From positions 1 to 25,979 of the forward strand of contig DASQDV010000194.1 of the NCBI GenBank assembly GCA_035633995.1: a stretch of DNA of 25,979 nucleotides, in the 5' to 3' direction. The position numbers were made by a program, and so were the translations under genes. Under the pieces are notes generated by a model. It worked only from the letters and a program-made list of their open reading frames with translations, ran no database searches and had not been told where the DNA came from. This document shows positions 1-7,789 of the stretch, one piece after another (the first letter of the stretch is position 1; each line of letters starts with the position of its first letter). This DNA comes from Pyrinomonadaceae bacterium. Lineage in GTDB: Bacteria; Acidobacteriota; Blastocatellia; Pyrinomonadales; Pyrinomonadaceae.

Positions 1-221
1 CGCACGAGCGGGTGGCTGCAAACGATGCGGTGCAATTCCGCCCAGAGGCGTGTCACGTCGGAACGGCGCAGCGAATCAACCCAGTGCGCGTTGGTGCCGC
101 GCGCGGGTCGTTCGTTGAGGGCAGCCGGGGAGCGCTGCTCCGGCGCGTGCAACTCTTCTTCGGTGGCGCTGGTCATGGGATTATCGAATGGGTGATTATG
201 ATCGGCAGATGTTGCAGCCAT
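1..221 (-). CDS. Hypothetical protein, N-terminal part only (runs off the left edge); possibly sigma-factor-like
   Basis: Hand translation of the minus strand, not in the ORF track: ATG at 221 (alternative ATG at 176) gives MAATSADHNHPFDNPMTSATEEELHAPEQRSPAALNERPARGTNAHWVDSLRRSDVTRLWAELHRIVCSHPLVR with no stop before base 1. Composition shifts to non-coding-like DNA upstream. Function is not assignable from this fragment. Confidence 0.55.
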   Translation of the reverse strand, partial: MAATSADHNHPFDNPMTSATEEELHAPEQRSPAALNERPARGTNAHWVDSLRRSDVTRLWAELHRIVCSHPLV

Positions 222-413
222 GTTATTAAGTGATGTTGGTCAGGCTAATTTGTCGGGCGGGCACTGTGATGAGGCTGTCTGCTTCAGGCAAGTTTTAGAC
301 AAGAGGCCGGCTTAGCTGTTGTCGCTCCTCTTTCGTTCGACCGTGCATGCGCTGAAGGTTCGACGGGCGCTGCCGCGTGCAAAATTCGCTGTCGCGCGTG
401 CCCTCTCACCGAG

Positions 414-456
414 TTGCCCGTCCCGGCCAACCTGCGAAGCCTGGCCGGGCGGGCAA
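414..456. other. Strong GC-rich inverted repeat (15-bp stem, one bulge, 12-nt loop)
   Basis: TTGCCCG-T-CCCGGCCA (414-429) pairs with TGGCCGGG-CGGGCAA (442-456); loop ACCTGCGAAGCC. No U-tract follows on either strand, so it is not a canonical intrinsic terminator. Confidence 0.7.
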
Positions 457-674
457 AAACCCAAAGTTTCAAAGCTCAACCTGCTTCCGTTCTCTGTTCA
501 CCCTGAATCGAAGTGTCGCTTATTATCTAATGGGAGGGGCGGGAAACGCAATAAGCAACCTTTCCATGTCAGGCGCGAGAACCGATAGGATCATGACTTT
601 GAACGATCCCATTTCCGAAGCCGCTAACGCGCGCTAGGGCGTGTGAACGCGTCTCGGAGGTTCGTGCTTCCAAA

Positions 675-695
675 TTTTCGGGGAGAGACCGAAAA
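675..695. promoter_or_regulatory. Perfect 7-7-7 inverted repeat, candidate operator or hairpin
   Basis: TTTTCGG-ggagaga-CCGAAAA in the divergent intergenic region. Confidence 0.3.
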
Positions 696-978
696 GATAA
701 GCAACCCGCATGCTCTGTCTGGTAGTACTGGTGTGGATAGACTGTGCCGTTGACCGCTAAGGGGAACAGGCGCGGTCAGCCACGTAGGGGAGTCAGGAAA
801 CTAATCGCGTCTCCCGACGACAAAATAATACTAACAGTTAGCCGCAGAATGAGCAACATCTTTTTACATTCACCCCAAGGCATTGAAAAAAAGGAAGAAA
901 TCGCGTTTTCGCGCCGCTCCGGTTATGGAACTTCGCACCCATTAACGATTTCTCTTAACTGACCAAGCGAAGCGCCCA

Positions 979-1006
979 TTGACAAAGGGTTCTAGGGCTG
1001 TATGAC
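979..1006 (+). promoter_or_regulatory. Candidate sigma70 promoter for the zf-HC2 gene
   Basis: Perfect -35 TTGACA (979-984), 16-bp spacer, -10-like TATGAC (1001-1006), about 145 nt upstream of the ATG at 1153. Confidence 0.45.
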
Positions 1007-1152
1007 GCCTCACCTAGTCAGCGCCCCGGCCTGTTCGTGCTGTGCCTTATAAACGTGCGGCGCGCTTCGACGAGAGTCTGCGGCAACAGATTCGGGCTTC
1101 CGGCAGTCCGTTGCTCGCAAGGCTCGGTCGGCGATGTAGAAGGAGAGGAACC

Positions 1153-1476
1153 ATGGGTTCTGTCAGCACAGCCTATTTTTGCAAACACAAAACCTGCCCG
1201 TCTGCCGAAATGCTGCTCTGCTACACGCAGGCGACGCTCGCGCCGGAGCTGCGGCAGCAGATGTCCGCGCACCTCAACGCCTGCGACTTTTGCGATGCGG
1301 AAATGTACCTGCTCGCGAAATTCCCGCCCGCCGGGGAGGTCATCTGCCCGAAGGTCAAAATTCCGCGCCCCCTCTACCGCCTCGCCAAAGATTTGCTCTC
1401 CGTCTCGACGAGCGCCGCCGGGCGCGCCGTGGAGATTCTCTACGAAAGGGAGCGGCTCTCCCTGACCGACGCCTGA
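1153..1476 (+). CDS. Small zf-HC2 / ZAS (zinc-binding anti-sigma) domain protein, 107 aa
   Basis: CPSAEMLLCY...L...MSAHLNACDFCDAEM matches the HxxxCxxC zinc motif with an upstream Cys. A strong SD (AGGAGAGG, 1141-1148) precedes ATG 1153, favouring it over the GTG at 1042. No transmembrane segment. Confidence 0.75.
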   Translation: MGSVSTAYFCKHKTCPSAEMLLCYTQATLAPELRQQMSAHLNACDFCDAEMYLLAKFPPAGEVICPKVKIPRPLYRLAKDLLSVSTSAAGRAVEILYERERLSLTDA

Positions 1477-1624
1477 GCCGCCGGGCGAGCGGGCTGCCCG
1501 CGTCAAATTCTCCGGACGCTGTTTACTAACACACACTCTCTCTGCGCCCCCGTTCGTCTCCCCAACCTTCTCTCCCCACAATTTCCTACGGAAAATTCTT
1601 TCGCACGCCAGTTCTCTCTTGCCC

Positions 1625-3532
1625 TTAATCGTCTTTCGCCGCCGCGCTGCCTGCGCCCTCGTAAATTCCCTCGATCAACGCGCCGAACTTTTCGTCAACC
1701 ACGCGCCGTTTGATCTTGAGCGTCGGCGTCATCTCCCCGCCGTCAATCGAAAACTCTTCGGCGAGCAGCGCGACGCGGCGCACGCGCTCGTAGTCGTGCA
1801 GGGGCGCGGTCAAGGCCGCCACCTCGCGCTGCACGAGGCGCACGGCGGCGGGGTTGCGGCTGAGCGCGGCGTTGTCGTTCTTGACGGGCTTCTTCTTCTT
1901 GCCCGCCGCCGCTGTTGTAGTAGTGGAAGTTTCGCCCGCGTCGCCGCTTTCGGCGAGCGCGCTGCGCAGCGCGTCCCAGTCGGGCACGATGAGCGCGGCG
2001 GGCGTCTTGCGCCCCGCGCCGACGACGACGACCTGATTGACGAGCGCGCTCTGCTTGATAAGACTCTCGACCTGCTGCGGCGCGATGTATTTGCCGTTCG
2101 ACAATTTGAACAGCTCTTTCTTCCTGTCCGTGATGAAAAAATGGCCGTGCTCGTCGCGGTAGCCCACGTCGCCCGTCTTGAACCACCCTTCGGCGTCCAA
2201 GACTTCGGCGGTTTCGCGCGGGTGCTCGTAATAGCCGAGCATCACGTTCGCGCCGCGCACGAGAATCTCGCCCGACTCGTCCAGTTTCATCTCAACGCCC
2301 GGAAACGGCAGGCCGATTGAGCCGACCTTGTTGTCTTCGGGGCGGTTCGCGGAAGTGATGCATGTCTCCGTCATGCCGTAGCCTTGCAGGATGGGAATGC
2401 CCGCCGCCAGAAACGCGTAGGAGAGCGCGGGCGACAAAGGCGCTCCGCCCGACACGAAGAAACGCAGGCGGCCACCCACGCCCTCGCGCCATTTCGAGAA
2501 GACGAGACGCGAAGCGATGTCCTGCTGCAACTCAAGCAGCGGCGGCACGCGCTCGCGCTTATCAACAAACTCCGCGTAACGCTTCCCCGTCTCCAAAGCC
2601 CATGTGAACAACTTCTGCCGCCACCCTCCAGCCGACATGCCTTTCTTCACGATGCGGTGATAGACCTTCTCGAACAGGCGCGGCACGGCGGTCATGATCG
2701 TCGGGCGCACCTCGCGCAAATATTCCGCGAGTTGATCGACGGACGGCGCGTAATAGACCGAGACGCTGTTGTAGCAGAAGACGTAGAAGACCGTGCGCTC
2801 GAAGATGTGCGAGAGCGGGAGGACGGAGAGCGATACGTCGTCCGGCCTGATCGGCAGAGCGCGCGTGATGGCGAGGACGTTCGAGACGAAGGCCGAGTGC
2901 GCGAGCATGACGCCTTTCGGCTCGCCCGTCGTCCCCGAAGTGTAGATGATCGTCGCCAGATCGTCGGCGCGAATCGCGCCCATGAGGCGCGCAAACTCCG
3001 CAGGGTCTTGCCGGTCGCGCTCCGCCCCGGCGCGTTCCAACTCGTCGAGCGCGAGCGCGTCTTTGTGTTCCGCCGCGTCTTCGGCGTCGAAGAAGACGAG
3101 CCGCTCGATCTTGCCGTAGCCTTCTATCCCGGCGCGCGCGTGGCGGTAAACTTTTTTGCCGGAGACGAACAGCACGCGCGCGCCCGAATCCGAGAGGATG
3201 TAGCGCACCTGCTCGACGGCCTGCGTCGTGTAGATGGGCACGTTCACCGCGCCGAGACTCAGGATGGCAAGGTCTGTGATCGACCATTCGGGGCGGTTCT
3301 CCGAGAGCAGCGCCACGCGGTCGCCCGCACGCACGCCGAGCCGTGACGCCAGCCCCAGCGCGACCGCGCGCACGCGCCCGGCAAACGTCCGCCCGGAGAT
3401 GTGCTCCCACGCGCCCTCGCTCTTGCGATTGAGCGCGGCGGGATTCGCGTGGTGTTGCAGCGCGTTGAGACAGAGTTCGGGCAGCGACATGCGTTGTTTC
3501 GGTTCGTGATCAGTGTTGGCAACTTGGGTCAT
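1625..3532 (-). CDS. fadD: Long-chain fatty acid-CoA ligase (AMP-dependent synthetase, FadD15-like)
   Basis: Motifs IIYTSGTTGEPKG, LSVLPLSHIFER, SGGAPL, GYGMTET, GWFKTGDVG, ITDRKKELFKLSNGKYIAPQ and the C-terminal TPTLKIKR. Confidence 0.9.
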   Translation of the reverse strand: MTQVANTDHEPKQRMSLPELCLNALQHHANPAALNRKSEGAWEHISGRTFAGRVRAVALGLASRLGVRAGDRVALLSENRPEWSITDLAILSLGAVNVPIYTTQAVEQVRYILSDSGARVLFVSGKKVYRHARAGIEGYGKIERLVFFDAEDAAEHKDALALDELERAGAERDRQDPAEFARLMGAIRADDLATIIYTSGTTGEPKGVMLAHSAFVSNVLAITRALPIRPDDVSLSVLPLSHIFERTVFYVFCYNSVSVYYAPSVDQLAEYLREVRPTIMTAVPRLFEKVYHRIVKKGMSAGGWRQKLFTWALETGKRYAEFVDKRERVPPLLELQQDIASRLVFSKWREGVGGRLRFFVSGGAPLSPALSYAFLAAGIPILQGYGMTETCITSANRPEDNKVGSIGLPFPGVEMKLDESGEILVRGANVMLGYYEHPRETAEVLDAEGWFKTGDVGYRDEHGHFFITDRKKELFKLSNGKYIAPQQVESLIKQSALVNQVVVVGAGRKTPAALIVPDWDALRSALAESGDAGETSTTTTAAAGKKKKPVKNDNAALSRNPAAVRLVQREVAALTAPLHDYERVRRVALLAEEFSIDGGEMTPTLKIKRRVVDEKFGALIEGIYEGAGSAAAKDD

Positions 3533-3540
3533 GCTGGTAA

Positions 3541-4719
3541 TTAACTGGCGATTGTCTGCATCGTCTCGGCGGACGACTCGCCCTGCTGCTGCGCTGTCCC
3601 GACCGCCGCGCTGCGCCCCGACGCGCGCCAGCCCTGACCGCCCAGAATCACCACCTCGCGCAAACCCGCGCGCTCGAACCAGCCCGCCACTTCGGCGCGG
3701 CTGTAGCGATTTTCAATCGGGGCGGAGAAACGGTCGAATTGATCCGTGTAGAGCACGCGGAAGGAGTATTTGCGATAGTGGCCGAGCGGCACGCGGTCGG
3801 CCAGAGGTCGCGTCGGCGGAAGGCTCGCGAGCACGCGCGCGGGCAGCACGAACGCCACTTGAAAACCGGCGGCCAACACCCACGACAGACGTTGCAACCA
3901 CGCGTGCGGCATGCGCGTCGTCACCTGTCGCGCCTGCGTCACCACTTTGAGCAGGGCGCGCTTCCACGCGGCCTCGCCTTCGAGATTCCAGTACAAATAA
4001 ATGTTGATGAACTCGTCGGGGCGCAGGTACCGGAGCAAACTTTGAAAGCCGCGTTCCGGGTCGGGCAGGTGATGCAGGACGCCGAGACTGTAAACGAAGT
4101 CGAAAGTCTGCGGTCGGAAAGGCGGGTGATAAATGTCGGCCTGAACGAAGTGTGTATTCTGGTTCGCGCGATTGTTCGCGGCGGCCACTTCGATGGCCTG
4201 ACTGAAATCCATCGCGACGACTTCGCGCGCGCCCGTGCGGGACATGTAGAAAGTGTGCCGCCCCGTGCCGCACCCGGCGTCGAGCACGAGCCGCCCTGTG
4301 AAATCTTCCGGCTTGAAGCGCTCGAAGTACCAGCGAAAGTTCGCCTCGTAGTCGGGCAACATCTCGGAGAACGCCTGCCACTCGTAACCGAAACTTTTGG
4401 CCGTGTCCAACTGCGACGAGAGCGCGCGGTCGTCCGCGCCCGGTGCGGCGCGTTGTGCGTCTGCGTCGCGTTGCAAATCGGGCGGGAGGCGCGCGTGGTG
4501 TGCGCGGAAAAACTCCGGGTGCATCTCCCACAACATGCTTTGCAGCGCGGGCGGCAACAGTCGCGGGATGCCCCCGATAACGGGATAACTCGTCGCGCAG
4601 GAGACGCAACGGAGGAAGCCGCTTTGAATTTCGCTCGCCGTCGTCAACTCGAAAGTTTCGAGCGACAGGTCGGCGGCGCACAGCGGGCACACGATCAATG
4701 TTAACAACTTCTGCTTCAT
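3541..4719 (-). CDS. Class I SAM-dependent methyltransferase with N-terminal Trm112-like domain
   Basis: LIVCPLC...LRCVSCATSYPVIGGIPRL (Trm112-like) followed by VLDAGCGTGR and FDFVYSLGVLHH. ATG at 4719 preferred to the GTG at 4752. Confidence 0.85.
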   Translation of the reverse strand: MKQKLLTLIVCPLCAADLSLETFELTTASEIQSGFLRCVSCATSYPVIGGIPRLLPPALQSMLWEMHPEFFRAHHARLPPDLQRDADAQRAAPGADDRALSSQLDTAKSFGYEWQAFSEMLPDYEANFRWYFERFKPEDFTGRLVLDAGCGTGRHTFYMSRTGAREVVAMDFSQAIEVAAANNRANQNTHFVQADIYHPPFRPQTFDFVYSLGVLHHLPDPERGFQSLLRYLRPDEFINIYLYWNLEGEAAWKRALLKVVTQARQVTTRMPHAWLQRLSWVLAAGFQVAFVLPARVLASLPPTRPLADRVPLGHYRKYSFRVLYTDQFDRFSAPIENRYSRAEVAGWFERAGLREVVILGGQGWRASGRSAAVGTAQQQGESSAETMQTIAS

Positions 4720-4738
4720 AAAATTCAGTCGCCCGCTT

Positions 4739-6397
4739 TCAAACGCCGCCACCGCCGCCCGTCAAAACTTCATTGCGCCCCTGAGCGACCTGCTGCGGCG
4801 GGCGCGCGGCCTCGCTCGCGGAACTGCTGCTCCGTCGTTTGCGGCGTGAGCGGCGGCCTTTGCTCGCGGCGGGGTCTTCGACGCGCCCGTCCAGGGTGGC
4901 GAGCGCGGCGAGCACTAAAAAGAGAAGCGCGTTCGAGGTCATGTGCAGGGAGAACTCGAAGAAGCTGTGAACGAGCACGGCGAAGCAACCGGCGAGCGCG
5001 CCCGCCGCCACGCCGCGACGGAATTTATCTTTTGAATTGAGGCGCGCAAAACCGTAACGAAAGAGCGCGTAGAGAAAGACGAGGCCGAGGAGGCCGCCGA
5101 TGATGCCCGCGTCGGCAAGTATCTGCAAGTAGTCGTTGTGCGCCTGCTCTAACCGGCTTGCGCCGTTTAAAACGTCGTAGCGCGTGTAGGCGACGCTGAA
5201 CGCGCCGAGTCCCGCGCCGATGAGCGGGTGGTGCTTGATCACTTCCCAAGTGCCCTGCCAGAACTGCACGCGCCCCGAAGTCGGGTCGTCTGCGTTCACC
5301 GTGCCGAACAGGCGCGACAAAGATTCCTCGCCGCCCAGATAGACCGACCCGGCGAGCAGCGCCACGACGAGCGCGAACCCGATGCCGACCCTCACCAGCG
5401 CCGCGCGCACGCGCGACTCGGCCGCCGCCTCCGTGTTCTCCTCCGCCTCGCGCTTATCTTTGCGCCTCACGAGTCCCGCGATGGCCGCGAGAAACAGGAC
5501 TTCCGCGCCGAGGCTGAGTATGCCGCCGCGCGACGAGGTCAGGATGAGCGCCAGCCCCATGATGGCGGCGGCGAAGATGTAGAGCAGGCGGCGCTCGACG
5601 GCGACCGCGCCCGAGACGAGCAGGCCGAGCGGCAGCGCGAGCGTCAGTTCCATGTAGGCGGCGAAGTGGTGGCGGTTGATGAAGGGGCCGAAGGGCATGG
5701 CGAATCTCGGCTGGCGAAACCAGTAAATCTGCGAAGGATTGGTGAAGTACTGGAACATGCCGAAGAGCGCGAGCAGGAAGCCGAAGATCGTGATGACGCG
5801 CACGAAGAGGCGCAGGCGCGCGGGGCTGTCCGTGAAGACGAGCGTGGCGCAAAAATAGACGATGAGCGACCCCAGTTGAATCAGGGCAAAGCGCGTCGAG
5901 TAAGGGTCGAGCGTCAGCGTGTTGACGGGCGCGTTCGTCAACCCGCCGACACCTGCTGCGCCGCCCGCCTCGCCCGCGCCGCCGAGCGGCAGCAACTGCA
6001 CCAGCCCGACGAGGAAGAGGCCGACGAGCGGCAACTGCAAGAGGTTGCGGCTGAGGCGCAGACGCCGCGTGCGCCATGCGTCGAGCGTCCAGAGGAGCAC
6101 GACGAGACACGCGCCCGCTTGAAAGAAGGCGAGCGCCCACGATTGCACCGTGCCGAAGGCGAGCGTCGAGAGTATCACGGCGAGGCACAGTATGAGGACG
6201 AGGAAGCGGCTGGCGAGCGTGTGCTGCTCCGGCGGCTGGCGCGTGCGCGCCGATGATGTCGCGGCGGCAGCGGGACGCCCCGGCTCCGGCAGCGGCGTCA
6301 CCGCCGCCGTCTCCGTCGTCGTAGCGCCCTTCGTCGTGTCAGGCGCGTCGCCCGGGTGCGCGAGCGGCGGCGGCGCGTTGGAGGTTGAAGTTGTCAT
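4739..6397 (-). CDS. O-antigen ligase (Wzy_C / WaaL-like) family membrane protein
   Basis: About 12 hydrophobic segments; motifs GPFINRHHFAAY, LTSSRGG, RVQFW...HPLIGAGLGAF and AHNDYLQILADAGIIG. The start overlaps the upstream gene by 59 nt, so it is somewhat uncertain. Confidence 0.85.
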   Translation of the reverse strand: MTTSTSNAPPPLAHPGDAPDTTKGATTTETAAVTPLPEPGRPAAAATSSARTRQPPEQHTLASRFLVLILCLAVILSTLAFGTVQSWALAFFQAGACLVVLLWTLDAWRTRRLRLSRNLLQLPLVGLFLVGLVQLLPLGGAGEAGGAAGVGGLTNAPVNTLTLDPYSTRFALIQLGSLIVYFCATLVFTDSPARLRLFVRVITIFGFLLALFGMFQYFTNPSQIYWFRQPRFAMPFGPFINRHHFAAYMELTLALPLGLLVSGAVAVERRLLYIFAAAIMGLALILTSSRGGILSLGAEVLFLAAIAGLVRRKDKREAEENTEAAAESRVRAALVRVGIGFALVVALLAGSVYLGGEESLSRLFGTVNADDPTSGRVQFWQGTWEVIKHHPLIGAGLGAFSVAYTRYDVLNGASRLEQAHNDYLQILADAGIIGGLLGLVFLYALFRYGFARLNSKDKFRRGVAAGALAGCFAVLVHSFFEFSLHMTSNALLFLVLAALATLDGRVEDPAASKGRRSRRKRRSSSSASEAARPPQQVAQGRNEVLTGGGGGV

Positions 6398-7664
6398 ACC
6401 AAACTTTACCGAAAATGGGACAGGTGGCAGCGGGACATTGCGGGCTGACGATGCGCAGCGTCACCGCGCGCGTCTCCGCGCCCGTCGTGAAATCGAGCGC
6501 GACGGCGCGCCAGTCCGCCGTGCCGATGGCGAGCGGCTCGGAGGCGGCGAGCACGCTCCCCGGCTGCGCGGCGTCCACCACCTCTGTGGCGAGCGTCGCC
6601 TCGCTTTTCAAATCTTCCGTCCGCACGTAATAGGCGATGCGGTAACGCGTCTGCGGTTCGACCGTCACGAGTTGCGAGATGTTGCGGAAGTCGAGCGTGC
6701 CCGGCGTGCTGAAGGCGAGGCGGAGGCTGCGCGCCCCCTCCTGCTGCACGCGCTCGTCGAGTCCCATCTGCACGCCCGCCACCGGCGTCACCTGCCACTC
6801 GAAGGGACTCTTGCCGGGCGGGCCGACCGCCGCCTCGAAACCGCCGTTCGTGAAACGCTCTCGCTCGGCGCTCGTCGGCGTCCCGTCCACGACCGCGAGT
6901 TCCCGGTGCATCGTCAACACTTCGTGAAAGCGTTTTGCTTCCAGCAAGCGCAGCAACAGTTTTTCGCCCGTCTCGCGTTGCGCCTTGCGCTCGCCCGCGT
7001 CGAACTTCTCCCACAACCGGAGCGCATCATCGAGCCGCTTCTGGTTGATCAGATAGTCCATCAACGCGCCGCGCGCGCCCGCCGACTCGCCCGCCGCCTT
7101 GAGCACCGACTGGATGTCGCCGTTGTAAAAACGCCACGACAGTTCGAGCATCTGCGGGCGGAACATTTGCGGGTTCGCGTCGCCCGCGCGCCGCAACTCT
7201 GCGAAAGCCTCTTCGATGCGCCCCTGCCTGAGCAGCAGGTTTCCGAGATACCAGCGCGGCGCCGGGTAATTCGGCGCGAGTTCGACGGCGCGGCGCAGAG
7301 CCTCTTCGCCGCCGCGCGCGTCGCCGATCAGCCCGCGCACGCGCCCCAACTCCATGAAGAGCCGGAAGTCGTTCGGCGACAGGCGCGCCGCCTCTTCGTA
7401 ACGCCGCGCCGCCTCCGGCAACTCTTCGGGCAGAAAACTCCGCTCGCGCAAACGCGCAATTGTGAAATGCGCCTGCGGGTCGTCGGGCGCGAGCCGCGCC
7501 GCCGCCTGCGCCGCCTGAATGTCGGGCAGCCATTCCGCCATCGTGTTCGCGATGCACCAGCGCACCCCGTACCACGTGCCGACGGCGGCGACCAGCAGCG
7601 GCACGATCAACAACACGCGCGCCCAAGACGCGCGAAGCTCCACTGTTGTGATCTGATCTTTCAT
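6339..7664 (-). CDS. TPR protein with N-terminal membrane anchor and C-terminal carbohydrate-binding-like domain
   Basis: One N-terminal TM segment (VLLIVPLLVAAVGTWYGV), TPR-like repeats (YEEAARLSPND, LRRAVELAPNY) and a CBM4/9-like beta domain (FTNGGFE...VEPQTRYRIAYYVRT...VWYDNFNL). Confidence 0.75.
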   Translation of the reverse strand: MKDQITTVELRASWARVLLIVPLLVAAVGTWYGVRWCIANTMAEWLPDIQAAQAAARLAPDDPQAHFTIARLRERSFLPEELPEAARRYEEAARLSPNDFRLFMELGRVRGLIGDARGGEEALRRAVELAPNYPAPRWYLGNLLLRQGRIEEAFAELRRAGDANPQMFRPQMLELSWRFYNGDIQSVLKAAGESAGARGALMDYLINQKRLDDALRLWEKFDAGERKAQRETGEKLLLRLLEAKRFHEVLTMHRELAVVDGTPTSAERERFTNGGFEAAVGPPGKSPFEWQVTPVAGVQMGLDERVQQEGARSLRLAFSTPGTLDFRNISQLVTVEPQTRYRIAYYVRTEDLKSEATLATEVVDAAQPGSVLAASEPLAIGTADWRAVALDFTTGAETRAVTLRIVSPQCPAATCPIFGKVWYDNFNLQRAAAARAPGRRA

Positions 7665-7666
7665 TT

Positions 7667-7784
7667 AGTCAGTTGTCAGTTGTCCGCAGCCAGTTATTTT
7701 ATCTCTTACGCAAGCTGAGATTTTAACTTTAGACCGTCGCTCGTGAATCACAAACAACGAACAACTGACTAGGGACACCGGACA
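7667..7784. repeat. 118-bp intergenic inverted-repeat element with heptamer-repeat arms (copy A)
   Basis: Left arm AGTCAGT TGTCAGT TGTCCGC AGCCAGT; right arm ACAAACA ACGAACA ACTGACT AGGGACA CCGGACA. Homologous to 12064-12181 (50 of 62 identical over the right part). Confidence 0.8.
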
Positions 7785-7789
7785 GCTTC

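Noticed and set aside
551-858. ATAAGCAACC at 551 and 697, plus ATGAGCAACA at 849 (spacing 146 and 152)
   Set aside because: About 0.4 exact 10-mer pairs are expected by chance in 930 bp (roughly 4.3e5 pairs over 4^10). The intervening sequence is unrelated and there are too few, too short repeats for a CRISPR array.
927-955. GGAACTT, resembling an RpoE-type -35 element
   Set aside because: No convincing -10 at 16-17 bp spacing (TTCTC or TCTCT).
12-962. Small ORFs in the divergent intergenic region (12-233, 284-472, 319-588, 377-637, 744-962)
   Set aside because: No recognisable motifs or SD sequences, mutually overlapping frames, and 12-233 is antisense to the better minus-strand frame.
1042-1152. 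Longer GTG start for the zf-HC2 gene
   Set aside because: The ATG at 1153 has a strong SD and begins right at the domain; the extension has no such support.
1477-1624. Possible bidirectional terminator and TCCCCA repeats between the convergent genes
   Set aside because: Only weak stems (GCGGGC-T-GCCCGC, AATTTCC-TAC-GGAAAATT) without a clear U-tract; two TCCCCA units with no inverted partner.
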